A stretch of 64,000 bases of DNA from Eledone cirrhosa (lineage: Eukaryota), in contig OZ024740.1 of the NCBI GenBank assembly GCA_964016885.1, positions 355,942,001 through 356,006,000 on the forward strand, read 5' to 3'. The translations under genes were made by a program, and so were the position numbers. Shown piece after piece: positions 12,563 through 25,288 of the stretch. The notes below the pieces were generated by a model, which saw nothing but the letters and a program-made list of their open reading frames with translations, was not told the origin of the DNA and searched no databases. Within the stretch, counting starts at the first letter, position 1. Each line of letters starts with the position of its first letter.

Positions 12563-15500
12563 TTACCAATACTGTAATACTCTGTTAGTGATATCAATTG
12601 CAAATTTTATACCACCAGGATCGCACACTCGAGATGCAGCAACATACAGTTGCCTATGGCTGAATGCTGGATCATTCAAGTAGACACCGACTCGCTTGAA
12701 AGTCTGTCCCTGTGCCTTGTTGACAGTCATGGAGAAGGCCAAATTGACGGGAAACTGTCTCCTTTGCCAAATGAATGGCAGCAGATCTTCACTTGGTCTC
12801 AGCATGATCCTCGGAATGAGAACCGATTCCTCTCTGCCTGGGAGTTTAGCTTCTAAAACTCTTCCGTTAATCAATCTCTCAATAATCAATCTGGTACCAT
12901 TGCAAAGACCCATTTTATGATTGATATTTCTAAGCAATATAATTGGCATACCCCTTTTCAACCTCAAAATATGTGGGGGGAATCCGGGTATTTGAAGTGA
13001 ATTCAGATACTCAGTCGGAACATCCATATTGTTCTGCTGATTAGGCTCCATTGCATCCGCACTGACGGTCAACCATTCCTCTCCAGGAAACATTCCGGCT
13101 ACTTGTGAATTTATTTCATCGACCGTTGCATTCGTGTGAGTTAGAATAACGCGTTCCGATATCCAGGAGATATTCTGCCAAAAAGCATTCAAATTAGGGG
13201 ACATCCAGTCAATCAATGCTTGGCGGTCCAGTGGCATGACCAAATGGTCTGGGATTCTTACAGTCTGATTATCACCAACGTGTGGCAATTCATCGTTTCC
13301 CAACTGCATCAACCATATGTCTCAGCCTCTTCGTTTTGCCCGAACATACGAAGTCGCATATTATCGTGTAATCGCAAAACTCTGAAATGGCGCCACAACG
13401 GGGACTTTTTCAGACATGCATCGACAATTTGCGCTCTTTGAGCATTCCTAACAATTGGTAGCACCTGTCTGAAATCGCCACCAAGAACGATAGTCTTACC
13501 ACTGAATGGCAGGTCACTACCGCAGATATCTCTCAAAGTTCTGTCAAATGCCTCCAGCAAATATCTGTGTGCCATTGGAGCCTCGTCCTAAATAATCAGA
13601 GACGTATTGCGTATGAGGCCCGCGAGTTCGCTTTGTCCTGTAATGTTACAGACACTCAACTCATCCGGAGCCAATGGAGCCTTGAAGCATGAGTGGAAGG
13701 TCCTTCCACCACTCAGCAAAGTGGCAGTGATCCCACTGGTGGTCACAGGGAGAGCAATCTTCCTCTGAGCTCTGACTGCGATAACATAGTGTTGAAACAG
13801 AATGTCTTTCCGGTGCCTCCTGGAGCATCTATGAAAGCACAAAGTTGCTCATTAGTGGAAATCGAGTGGAGAACGCCATTGCCCAATTCTCTCTGAGATT
13901 GGGTCAACATTGGTATACGTTCATCCACAATACGTTGCTGTTCCAGTGGATCAAACTGGAATAGTTCCCTCCGATCGAGTGGCAACCGTCTAAGCTGCAA
14001 TCTCATGTTCAATGCTAAGACACGTTGCCGCATTTCTTCATCAGGAATTGCCAAATTGAATCTGTTAAACATTTGAAATGAACTTCAAGCAGTTGCTCAA
14101 TATTGAGCAAAACAATAGCTTTCATCAAATTTTCATCATCGACCTGAAGATGATGCCTAAAATCATCAGCCATAATTCCCCAATGGCATTCAAATAACTC
14201 TCTTGGATCGGCAGGATTGCAGAATCCTAGAATCGTGACAAACAACTGCCTTATTTGAGCTGGCATCTGTGTTGTTCCTGCAGCTTCCATTGCGTTATTC
14301 CATTCAGCGTCATCCTGAAGGAGTCCCAGATGCTGACACACAGCCTGGTATGTTTCATATTCCACGCCATTGATTGTTTTCAAATCAGCGAAGCTCTGTT
14401 TACCTCTCGACAAATCATTATGCAACAGAATTCGGAGATAAAACACATCACCAGATGCTGGATGGACATTACAAACCCGTCCAATAGTCACGAATCTCAA
14501 CTTTTGTTTTCTATCATTCCATTTCTTTCCCTTCTTATCCCACGTATAGTGCGAAGGGAAATCGCAGTTGAGTTGCCTTTGATCCGGGTTCAAAGCATGT
14601 TCCCTATTATGCTTGAACCACTCAGTCAATTCTGTCTTAGGAGGTGGTGCGTTAGCAATTCTTTCGACACCTCTTCTAGTGTCCTGAAAACAGACCATTT
14701 GCCTATATTCTCTAAGTGAACTGTTAGTTTCTGAACTCTGGGTTTGCGTTCATTGAGATCAAAATCGAACAATCTCCAGCAAGCTTCGCTAGATCCAATC
14801 GAGCGAACATCCTGGAACCTGCCAACTTCATCTCCTTGGTTCGTTTCCTCATTCCTGACATTGATCATTGCTCGATCATGACCTTTGTAAACATATTTGA
14901 ATAGATATTTGCAAGCTTTCACTGAGCTACAAATTTCCACATTAATATGACAACGATATTTCATAATCAAATATGGATTGTATGGCGCAACCCATTGATT
15001 TGTAACCTGTCGACCATTTACATTTTCGACCAAACCGCCATCTGCAGGCGACCGTCTTCTGTATGAGGGATGAGCATCCCCATCGTTCCAGGAAGTGTTC
15101 GTGACAAAATATTTCGGAAAGTGCTTACTGCATTGGCCATTTTTCATGCAAGGCGCTTTCCGATTTGCCACTCCGCATTGGTTGTGCACCATTGACTTTG
15201 CCACCAAGTTGCGTAGTGCACAATATCAGGACGGTCCTTTGGCTGTTGTCCTGGCAAAAGTGCATCCTTAATATCAGTCCAGTCAGGATTGCAAGCAACC
15301 GTTATAAACAAATCTGGCTTTCCAAACTTTCTGACAATAGCCATTGCATCCTGATAGCGAATGTTCATATATCTCGGGCTACCGATGAACGACGATGGCA
15401 AAATGATGCGTCGACCAATTTGCTTGTAATTAGCATCATCGGCTGTTATCGCATCCTGTATATTATTATACAATTCAGCTCTGATATGTTGCTGATGTGT

Positions 15501-16919
15501 AGCTATATAATTTAGCCTTTGATTTTCGATCTTTGCGAATGCCATATAACAGTATTCCTGGAACAATCTGCTGGCTTGAAATAGCACATTTCTCTGTTGA
15601 TTCCTCTCGTTCAAATGGAACGCGTAAAAGCCGCGAATCGAATTATTGTGTCTATTGCCACCTCCCTATTGATGCTGATTCTCATGATCATCTTAATGAA
15701 CAGACATGTTCCATCCATTTTCACCTTTTGGGAATAAAAGAACATAATGCAATGGATCATATGCCCTATTTAACTCATTGATTGTCTTGAGACCACCATC
15801 TCTGCGATTGAGGACAATATCTCTCGATCCAGGCTTATCGTCCATCAACACAGCAACTTCACGAAATCCTTCAGGGGCATTATATCGCCGTTAGTGTTGA
15901 TTCCTTGGCATTGCGTCAGCCTTAATCACCAATGTTTGCTGCTGAACATTTTGCGGTTCAGCCACCAACATGAAATCCATAACATAAGGATTACACTGTC
16001 TAAGCCATGATTGCAAATCACGGATCAAATCACTTAACCTTTGCTGTTCAAGTTCAGTTATATTTCCCGGCAACTTCGTCCAACCGATCCTGATATCCTC
16101 CTCCGATTCACTATAATCTGGATCGTTAACGTAAATTTGAGCGAAGCGAGGCCTCTCTCCTGAGGTAACTTCTAAATTACCGATACAATGATACAAACGG
16201 CCTTGAATGACTACATTCGGTTGCCATGCTCCACTCTCAAACATCTCACTAACTCTCTGCGATGCTAAAGCTAATGAATTGTTAATTTGCCGCGAATATT
16301 TGCGCAGTAATCTACCTCCGTCTCCTTGATCACTCTATATACTTAGTATTTTAAACTCCGGTGACTCCTCATCATCCGGCATTCGCAAGGGTTCTAGTTG
16401 AACTGCTCCTTTATGACAGCACATTGTGGTCCACGTCTTTTTGTGCCTCAATGTGGACACAATGTGGACACTCTGTTCGTCAATCAATCTGAAAATGACA
16501 CGGTTGCCATGATCCATTTTTAATATCATTCGTTCGCCTTCTAGCCTCTTTACTGGAATGAGGCTCACTTTGGCGACACATTCTCTGAACTTCTGTATTG
16601 TGCTGCGCTATTCAGCCAGCTCCTCTTCATCCATCGCAGCACGCCGTTGCTGCTGAATTATGGCCATCTGCTGATGATGCTCAGCCAGTTCGTCTTCAAC
16701 CATCGCATCATGCCTTCGCTGCTTGGCTCCAGTGTTTCGTTGGCGTTGATCAGCCAGCTCCTCTTCATTCATGGCGGCACGTTTTCGCCTCTGAAGTTCG
16801 GCGTTTCGATAGCGCTGCTCGGCCCGTTTTTCTTCATTGCTGGCTGCACGCCGTCGCCCCTGTAGTTCACTGTTTGATAAAATCGAATTGCTTTTATTAT
16901 CAGTGTTCATTTTGAGCAA
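12563..16919 (-). pseudogene. Helitron Rep-PIF1 helicase (RepHel) gene, broken by frameshifts, stops and an internal deletion
   Basis: Successive ORFs give an N-terminal ~22-aa charged repeat, CC..G.V.L, QGRLYHCIG, PRFAQIY, IILPSSFIGSPRYM..YQDAMAIVRKFGKPDLFIT, KYLFKYVYKG (Y2), DAPGGTGKT (Walker A), GGDFRQVLP, GLCNGTRL, QFPVNLAFSMTVNKAQGQT and FSHRQLYVAASRV. Confidence 0.95.
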
Positions 16920-16933
16920 TTGTCAGAATAATA

Positions 16934-16978
16934 AATATAAAAGATGTCTGTCAATGTAAAGAAAGGTCCCTATTTACT
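16934..16978. repeat. 45-bp direct repeat, copy 2 (just upstream of RepHel)
   Basis: AATATAAAAGATGTCTGTCAATGTAAAGAAAGGTCCCTATTTACT. Confidence 0.9.
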
Positions 16979-17539
16979 CCCTTCACAACTCTGTGTATGT
17001 TAGACTGACAGACAGGCACACAGACAGATAAACTGAGTGGCGATTGTGGAACGCCACACACATACACGCATGGAAACGTGCACACGCACACAAACTTACA
17101 CACGCACACACTCACACATATTGATAGTTTTTACTTTCTGTGGGACGCTGCACGCACGCGCACACACATAAACATACGCGCACGTACATGCACACGCACA
17201 CATGTTAATAGTTATTGAACACAGCGTTCACACTCTCCCCTCTCACTCCCTCATTGGCATTATGCATATTAATTTCAGTTTGGCGTCGTTGAGGTGGACG
17301 GAGTTGTTTGAAACCTATGAACCAATGATAATCGAGAATTATGACACACGGAATACTGACGTTCTTCAAATTAATAAATAGATATAGTTACAAAATATGG
17401 TTAATAATTCTGATAACATATCAATAACAATTGTGAAGAGGAGGAGAAAGACAGTGGTGGTAGTAATGATGGTGTTGATGATGCAATAATTATTTGTAGT
17501 GTAATAAATTTCTTTTTAATTGGTATGTCTGGAGGAATA

Positions 17540-18494
17540 TCTCCCCTGCTTTAGTGTAACTCCATTCACATGTACAGTGCACTGTGCAGGCTTCCTTGTG
17601 AGGACAAGTGTTTCAGTCCTTGCAGCATTGACTTTCATTCCTGCTGTGCAACACTCAGCATCAAACCTATCAAGTGCATGTTGGAGATCACCTTCTGATG
17701 AGTGAAGTAATACCATGCTGTCCACAAATTCCAGCTGACTGATCCTACACCTACTAGTCTTCGATCCTAGCTGTGCATGTAAATCCTGTCTATAAAGATT
17801 GTATACAGGAGAGGTGACAGTATGCACCCTTGGCAGAGTGTGATACCCACATTGAATGCTTTTGACTTTATCCAATGCAGCTGGAGAAGTTCAAGTATCT
17901 CAGGGTCATGTTCATGAGTGATGGAAGGCAGGAGGCAAGAATTGCCGGATCTGTACAGTAATGTGCCAGCTTCAGCGTTCAGTCATCAGAAGGTAGATGT
18001 AAAACAAAACTCTCTATCTCCAATTTGGTATTAGTGCCAGCCCTTTCCTATGGTCACGAGTCTTGTATAAATACTGAAAGATTATGATCGAAAATACAAG
18101 CAGCCAAAATGGGGTTTCGTCAAAGGGTCTTTGGAGTAATGTTTCTTGAAGGGTGTATGGCTCAGAGAACAGAGTTGCTCTAGGTAGAGCTGCTACGTTT
18201 CTGAATTGAGATATCATAGCTCTGATACTACAGGAATGTGGTTAGAATGTCTCAGGAGAGAATCGTTGGACAAATTTTACAGGCAAAACCAACAGGCAGG
18301 AAACCCATTGGTAGACCCCAAGCAAGGTGGTTAGATAACCTCCTTGAGCTTGGCTCGTCTCACTTGGGGATCTAGCTAGATGAATTGGAGATTGTTAATT
18401 CTGACAGTATCCACTGGAAGGCATGTTTGAGAACTCTGTCATTAAAATTCCAGTAATAATTGGTAAAGAAGAAGATGATGATGATGATGATAAT
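17540..18494 (+). mobile_element. RTE LINE (family 2) 3' fragment with inverted 5' portion
   Basis: 17540-17875 on minus encodes RT (..DLQHALDRFDAECCTAGMKVN..GVTLKQ). 17876 onward on plus continues QLEKFKYL..MSDGR to a (GAT)n tail. Confidence 0.8.
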
Positions 18495-19373
18495 GTCTTA
18501 TAAAAATTCCATTGCAAATACAAAATCATGGATTTTTGAATACATTAAACCATGATTGTTGTTTATCATTTTAAAGAACCTATCACTAAAATAATTGAAA
18601 AAAATTCTTTTTCATATTTTACTCCTAATATAGTCTAATAAACAATTAAATATTTTAATCAGGATATTATATTCTTGAGATGAAATTGCTTTTTATGTAT
18701 TTTAATATATATATTTTCACTGAAATAAATAATTTCAAAATAATATTTTGGTTGCCAAACAAAGAGTAGAGAGGACCCATCACTTATATCAAATACAGGA
18801 TAACCTTCCTAGTGCTAGTGCCATGATAAAATGCAGTCTAGTCGTGTATGTAAGCAAGATGCAACCTCTAGCTGGTCTGAGAAGTCAGGAGCTTCAATTA
18901 AGTATTGACTAAATACTTAGGATTGCCAATATCACACAGAAGTTTATTTGTCACTGATACATGGAACATCTCAATAAAAAGGTAGCTAAAATTATCTATT
19001 CAGAGAAGGCCACTCTTAAATTGTTGAGATGATAGATGGGTTATATGTGAGCTATTTCTAGCATCATTTTAACCTGTTACATTGTCCGTGATATACAAAT
19101 ACTTACTTACTTGTTTGTTCTATGCATGTCATTTTATACACCCACTAGATTGGTAAGGATTAATTAAATTTACTAATAGGTAAATACTATTTTACACTTG
19201 CTGACAAGATTATCTTCTTCCAGTATTGCTTATTTTAATTTATTGAGATGGTTAATGCTGTTTCTTGATAATTGAAACTGAAGTAAGGGAGAGATTAATG
19301 GTGAAGATTTTTTTTATTTTAGGCTGCTTTACTAGGAATCTACCTGTTGGTAAATTTGTATAAGTTATTCAAT

Positions 19374-20672
19374 ATCATCATCATCATCATCATCACCGTT
19401 TTACGTCCGTTCTTCCACGCTAGCATGGGTTAGACGGGTTGTCCTGTTGTGGGCAGTGTCTGGTCGGCTGACCATGCCTTGCTCATACAGGAACTGATCT
19501 GGCTTGATTTCTACAGCTGGATGCCCTTCCTAACACCAACCTCATTTACAGTGAGTGCTGGGTGCTTTTTCGTGGCGCCTACACGTCCACTTTACAGTGT
19601 GGGCTGGGTGCTTTTTTGCCGTGGCACCTCCACGACCACCTTGCGGTGGGGGGAGTGGGGGCATATTGTTTATATGCTTCAGCATGTACCCATGGGAGGT
19701 CGGGTACCCTGTATTACTGCGTGACGCCAGAAGTCACGGTCGTGTGTCATTGTCTTTGAGAGGTGTAGTTGGGTAAGGTCGGCTTTTATCACCTCATCCC
19801 AAGTCATCTTGGGTCTCCCCACTCCGCGGTTTCCATCAACTTCTAGTGCTCTGCACCTTTTTATGCAGCTGTCATCCTTCATACGCATCACATGTCCATA
19901 CCAGCGTAACCGCCTCTCCTGCACGCAGCATTTGATTCCTCTTATGCTCAGTCTCTCTCTCAATTCCTTTATGCTTTGTCGTTCACGTATATTACTGTTA
20001 CACATCCATCGGAGCATGCAGGCTTCGTTTCTCTCTAATCTACGTAAGTCTTCCACCTTCAGCGCCCAGGTCTCACTACCATGCAACATCGCTGTTCGGA
20101 TACACGCATCATACAGTCTGCCTTTCATTCTGAGGGAGAAGCCTTTTGCAGCTAGCAGTGGTAGTAGTTCCCTAAACTTCTTCCATCCCGTTCTTATCCT
20201 ATTTATTGTACTTTCTGAGCACCCACCTCCGTTGCTAATTCGGTCACCTAGGTAGCAGAAGCTGTCTACTGTTTCTACAGGGCCCTCCCAGAGATTGGTG
20301 GTACTTGTTTCCTGTGGCTGTTTGCTTGCTGTTTCAGCACAGCTGCTGCATGTGAATCCTACATTCTTAATTAAGCTTCCTGAGATCCCGCTACATCTCT
20401 TGTGTACCCATTGTTTGCATTTGGGGCAGAGAATGGAGTTCCTACCTACACCTTTCCTACATACTGAGCAAGGCCATTTCCCTGAGGGGATCTGGGTTCT
20501 GTTTTCTCGTCTACTTACAAGGACCTTAGTCTTTGTCATGTTGACTTTGAGGCCTTTTCTCTCTAGTCCCTGCTTCCAGGTTTGGAATTTATTCTCTAGT
20601 TCTACCATAGATTCAGCTATGAGTGCGAGGTCATCAGCATACAGGGGTTCCCATGGGCATCTGGTCTTAAAC
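19374..20672 (-). mobile_element. RTE LINE (family 1), 5'-truncated, young
   Basis: Open frame with LYADDLAL, a CSVC..C..C..H..C..C..C finger, FCYLG, MLHGSETW, RRLRWYGHVMR and GRPK.TW; then 3' UTR and (GAT)n tail. Confidence 0.95.
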
Positions 20673-20682
20673 TGTATATATA

Positions 20683-20714
<32 letters not shown>

Positions 20715-20718
<4 letters not shown>

Positions 20719-21282
20719 GGAAAAAATGAAACAAAATTTTATTTCTCACTCTTAGTACGGCTGTTACTTAAATATAAGTATGTATATGTACATACATATA
20801 TGTATACTGACGTACAGTAGCATGTATATATATATATACATACATGCACACATATATATATATGTACGTATGGATTCACCGAACATTTATTATATTGCTC
20901 GGTTTGTTTGTAAACAAACATCCCGAATTAAGCCATACAGTGTTTAGCAGTATGTTAGGCTGAGCAGCTGTTAATATGCATAAGGAAAGTATATACTTTC
21001 AGACGTTCAATCATCTGGCAGGAAGGTATACGGTGCTGACGATAGCTAATAAGCTTGAAACTAGTACATCGTTCCTTTGTCAGTGTTGAACAAAAGGGCA
21101 ACTATGGTTGCTAAACACTGTACGGCTTAATTTGGGATGTTTGTTTACAAACAAACCAAGCATTATAATAAATGTTCGGTGAATCCATACGTACATATAT
21201 ATATATGTGTGCATGTATGTATATATATACATACTACTGTACGTCTGTATACATATATGTATATATGTATACATACTTATAT
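20715..21282 (+). mobile_element. Fold-back non-coding element with central hammerhead, in a (TA)n tract
   Basis: Inverted arms 20772-20949 and 21109-21282 enclose a 159-bp spacer containing the ribozyme. Confidence 0.8.
21030..21072 (+). ncRNA. Minimal type-I hammerhead ribozyme, intact core
   Basis: Stem I ACGGUG/CAUCGU, core CUGACGA, stem II AGC-UAAUAA-GCU, GAAAC-UA-GUA with palindromic stem III (ACUAGU). Predicted cleavage after 21066. Confidence 0.85.
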
Positions 21283-21323
21283 ATATATATATATACTCAA
21301 ATACATATATATATATATTTACA

Positions 21324-21369
<46 letters not shown>

Positions 21370-21374
21370 ATATT

Positions 21375-22525
21375 TTTCTTTTTTTCTAGGGTGGGTAAAA
21401 TTCCCGAGATCCATGGACGAATTCTCTCCAGCAGTCTCTGTCCCTCATTATAGCTGCCATGACCTGCATCTCCAGCAGACTAGTGTCTGTCCTTAGGGCA
21501 TCAACATACGTTAACCTTGGTCTTCCTCTTCCAGTGAGTCCATGTAGGGGCTCCCACAGGAGCAATGAGTGCAATGTCAACTCTGGATGTCGGTGAGCAT
21601 GTCCAGCCAACCTCAGTCTCCTCTGTGTCACTTTTGAGCTGACTTTTGCGAGGCTCCCATACAGCTCTGAGACAAATATAAAGAATGCAGTTTTGTCCTG
21701 CAGAAGAGCTATCAAAATGGGCACTTTGAATGTGAGGACTATTCGGACGCTGGAGAAGAGAGAGGAGTTGGGACATCTGTTCAAGGAGAGTGATATACAG
21801 ATACTTGCAATCCAAGAACACAGGATCCTACACGATGAGCCCGTGAGGAGTGTGATGATCGGGAAGAAGAGCCAGCTCATCACTACATCAGCAGTGAAGA
21901 ACATGACCAATGCTGTAGTAGGAGTCAGTTTTGTTTTCAACACAAAAACCAGTCTATTGGTGAGGGAAATAATGCCTGTCTTCCCGTGAGTGTTGAAGGT
22001 GACCTTCAATGGAAACCGAAGACTGATAGTCATCTCAGCCTATAGTCCAACCAAGGGAGACAGTGATGTGAGTGCAGAAGAGTTCCATGAGGAGGTGTGT
22101 AGAGCTGTCAACACCACACAAGCACACAATATCCTGCTTGTTTTGGGGGACTTCAATGCACATGAGTAAGTAGGGCAGTGAAGATCCTTATTGGTACTTC
22201 CATAACAACACCAACCGAAATGGAAGACTACTGAGAGACACCCTGCTGGAGGCGAACTTGATAGCGACCAACCTAAGGTTTAGGAAGAATCGGGGGAAGA
22301 TGTGGACCTACATCTCAGATATGCACCTGTCCAAGTCTCAGATTGATTTCATTCTGGTGAGGAAAAAGTGGCAGAATAGTGTTCTGAACACAGAACCATA
22401 CAACTATTTCAGTACACTGGGCAGTGACCACCGGCTTGTTATGAGTGAGGTCCAGGTGAGCTTAAGAAAGACCAAGGCTCAGCCCCGGAGAGCAATCTAT
22501 GACTGGGGAGCTTTCAAGGAAGACA
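21375..22525. mobile_element. RTE LINE (family 3), rearranged: 3' end on minus joined to the AP-endonuclease region on plus
   Basis: Minus 21386-21680: RRLRLAGHAHRHPE..LLWEP.HG..GRGRPRLTY. Plus 21690-22525: MGTLNVRT, ILAIQEHR, SAYSPT, GDFNAH, SQIDFIL, SDHRLV. Confidence 0.85.
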
Positions 22526-22545
22526 AATACATATATATATATATA

Positions 22546-23159
22546 TACAAATGAATATATGATAGGGATAAACACTGATACAAGTATATATGTGTTTGCA
22601 TTGCAAATGACCAAGTTAGCTAGATTGAAAAATACTAATTAAAATAAGACTATTTGAGTTTATAACTCTATATATAATATTCTCGGCTCCATACGTGAGC
22701 TAATTTTTAGTCCCATAAAACCGGCTGCTATTTTTAGCAGCATGAGTATGAGACAAGCTAGGCGCTGTGACACATGTGCATTCAACAACACATTTCTCTC
22801 AGTCTTCTTAAGTATTTTGAAGTGAAACTTACCAATTTCTGGATACCTGCAGAAGAGCACAGGAATAGGAAATTTCACTTAATTGTTGCAAAAAAAAATA
22901 AAAAATTTAAAATTTAAAATTTTCCAGGTATCACGGCTATTGCCAATATAGGTTTGTTTTTATTGATTTATTATTTTAAATCGAGACAGGCAAACTGTAT
23001 TATTTTAATTAGTATTTTTCAATCTAGCTAACTTGGTCATTTGCAATGCAAACACATGTATACTTGTATCAGTGTTTATCCCTATCACATATTCATTTGT
23101 ATTACATGGCTCAGAAATATTCCTTTCTAATTGTAAAAGACTATTTGAGTTTATAACTC

Positions 23160-23171
<12 letters not shown>
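22546..23171 (+). mobile_element. Fold-back, terminally redundant element with a decayed hammerhead, in a (TA)n tract
   Basis: Inverted arms 22546-22647 / 23000-23101; 35-bp direct repeat 22646-22680 / 23137-23171; hammerhead-like fold 22842-22932 (stem I GAUACCUG/CAGGUAUC, core CAGAAGA, AAAA in place of GAAA). Confidence 0.75.
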
Positions 23172-23212
<41 letters not shown>

Positions 23213-23278
23213 CACAAATACATATATATACATATATTTTATATATATACATATATATATATATATGCATATATTTAT

Positions 23279-23313
<35 letters not shown>

Positions 23314-24083
23314 AATCATCATCATTTTTCATCCACTATTCCATGCTTCCATGGGTTAGATGGGATTTCTCAGCACAGCCTAGTTCCACTTGTCCTGCTC
23401 CTTTGTCATCAGCTCTCCCCACCTCCACCTAGGTCTTCCTTGGTTGTCCTTTACTGTGGCTTGCCTTCACTCGGATTTCTTGGTGCTTCTCCACTCAGTG
23501 GTCATTGTCTATTTGCATTATATGTTCATACTATTGCAGTCTCCTTCCTCTCTTGCATACTACATCTGGTTCCCTTCAGTCTGATCAGACTAGTGCTGGT
23601 GGCATGAATGATGCACCCAGTCCACACCGGAAAGTAGTTGGTGATAGGAAGGGTATCCAGCCATTAAAACCTTCCCAGGGATATGCAAATTACCACACAA
23701 AAGTCTCTCACTAATTGTATATACAGGATTAACACTAGTCATGTTAGTGCTGTGTATGGTAGTAGGGTGGCTAACATAATCATGTATGAGAACCCCTCAC
23801 CCATTATCAAGCAATTGTACACCCTTATTCCTTTCCAGACACAAATAACTAATGTATATATATATATCATCATCATGATAATCATCACTGTTTAACGTTT
23901 CATTTTTCCATGCCAGCATGGGTTAGACGAGTTGCCCTGTTGTGAGACAAGTTAGATCAGGTGACTATATCTTGATTATACAGAACTGTTTCTGACTTGG
24001 TTTCTACAGTGAGATGCCCTACCTAACACCAACCACTTTTACAGTGTGGACTGGGTGCTATTTGCCATGTTACCAACACAACC

Positions 24084-24126
<43 letters not shown>

Positions 24127-25288
24127 AGACAAAACAAATTGAATAGAACAGACATAACTTCGGCTGTTTCCCCACTCACTCGATGAACAACTAATTTCAA
24201 ATTATTAAAATTTGAACTCAGCTAGTCAGAGTGTACACTTTCCTTAATCAGTGAAGACGACGACTTCGTGAGGGTAAGATGTAAGTATATATATATGATG
24301 CATATATGCATGTTTTCCATCTGCATCTATGTTTTCATTTGTGTCTATGTCCATAACTGAGCTGTTTGACTAAATTAGGATAAAATATGACTTGAAAAAT
24401 AAGTGCTGGAATTGATATGATCAACTAAATCCTGACAGTGCCCCAGCACGACCAAAGTTTAATGACTGAAGCTAGTAAAATGTTCATAAGTGTACATATA
24501 TAATTCAAAATATGTTGATACCCACATGCAGACAGACATACCTACTTGCACATATAGACAGACATATTTACACACATGCAGACATACCCATACCTGTACA
24601 TATACAGACATGCCGATACACCTATATCTGCACATGTACATACATGCAGACATACATAATTACCTAGTTGATGTCTAAATGCCAATGAATTGGAGTAGAA
24701 ACCAGCTCTCTCTCTCTATTACTGAGAAATAAAAAAAAATAAAACCAGAACACACACACACGCACACACACACACACAGATTTTTGTATATAAATATATA
24801 AATTCAGTATTGCTATCTGTGTTAGAAAACAAAAGACTTGTATTGCTGTTAAAATAATATATCTTGCTGAGTGTAAACCATGGATATAGCTTGGAGTATC
24901 ATCCACTTGATGCAATTACGACTATTTACATATTGCTTTACATTGATAACATATCAAACATTTAATTTTACTTGCCACAGATACATGTGCTACAGAAGAA
25001 ATTATTTATCGATTGTTTAGGTGAAACAAATATAATGTCAACTATTTTGCACTCTAACAGAAAAATACATATGAAATGTATGTATTGATCATTATTTTTT
25101 ATATATTCATATTGCTATCTTCATTTAAGTGTTCATTTGATTATGATTGTTGCTTTTGCACCACATTAATCAATAAACTAAGGTGTGAACAGTATTAAAC
25201 AGTCTACAATGGTTGTATATATCCAACGGTAATATGGGATCATGTAGAATAAAATAGTACATGACAGAGTAGTTTTATGTATATAAGA

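Larger units (their letters stand above)
11612..17382 (-). mobile_element. Helitron, autonomous-type but decayed and composite
   Basis: Minus-strand 5' end TCTATTTATTAA at 17382. 3' end has hairpin TACCCGG-ATGAAG-CTGGGTA followed by CGTCAG-CTAG ending at 11612. Inserted between host A and T with no TSD. Contains the RepHel reading frame. Confidence 0.93.

Noticed and set aside
19809-20729. 140-160 aa plus-strand ORFs over RTE copies (also 37069-38158 and 58756-60209) and over the Helitron
   Set aside because: They are antisense shadows of transposon ORFs with no independent protein motifs.
24123-24285. Hammerhead-like remnant on minus (CUGAUUA...GAAGUUAUGUC); similar scraps near 4495-4520, 54760 and 55150
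   Set aside because: Core and stem I are too degenerate to call. They may be older members of the same class.
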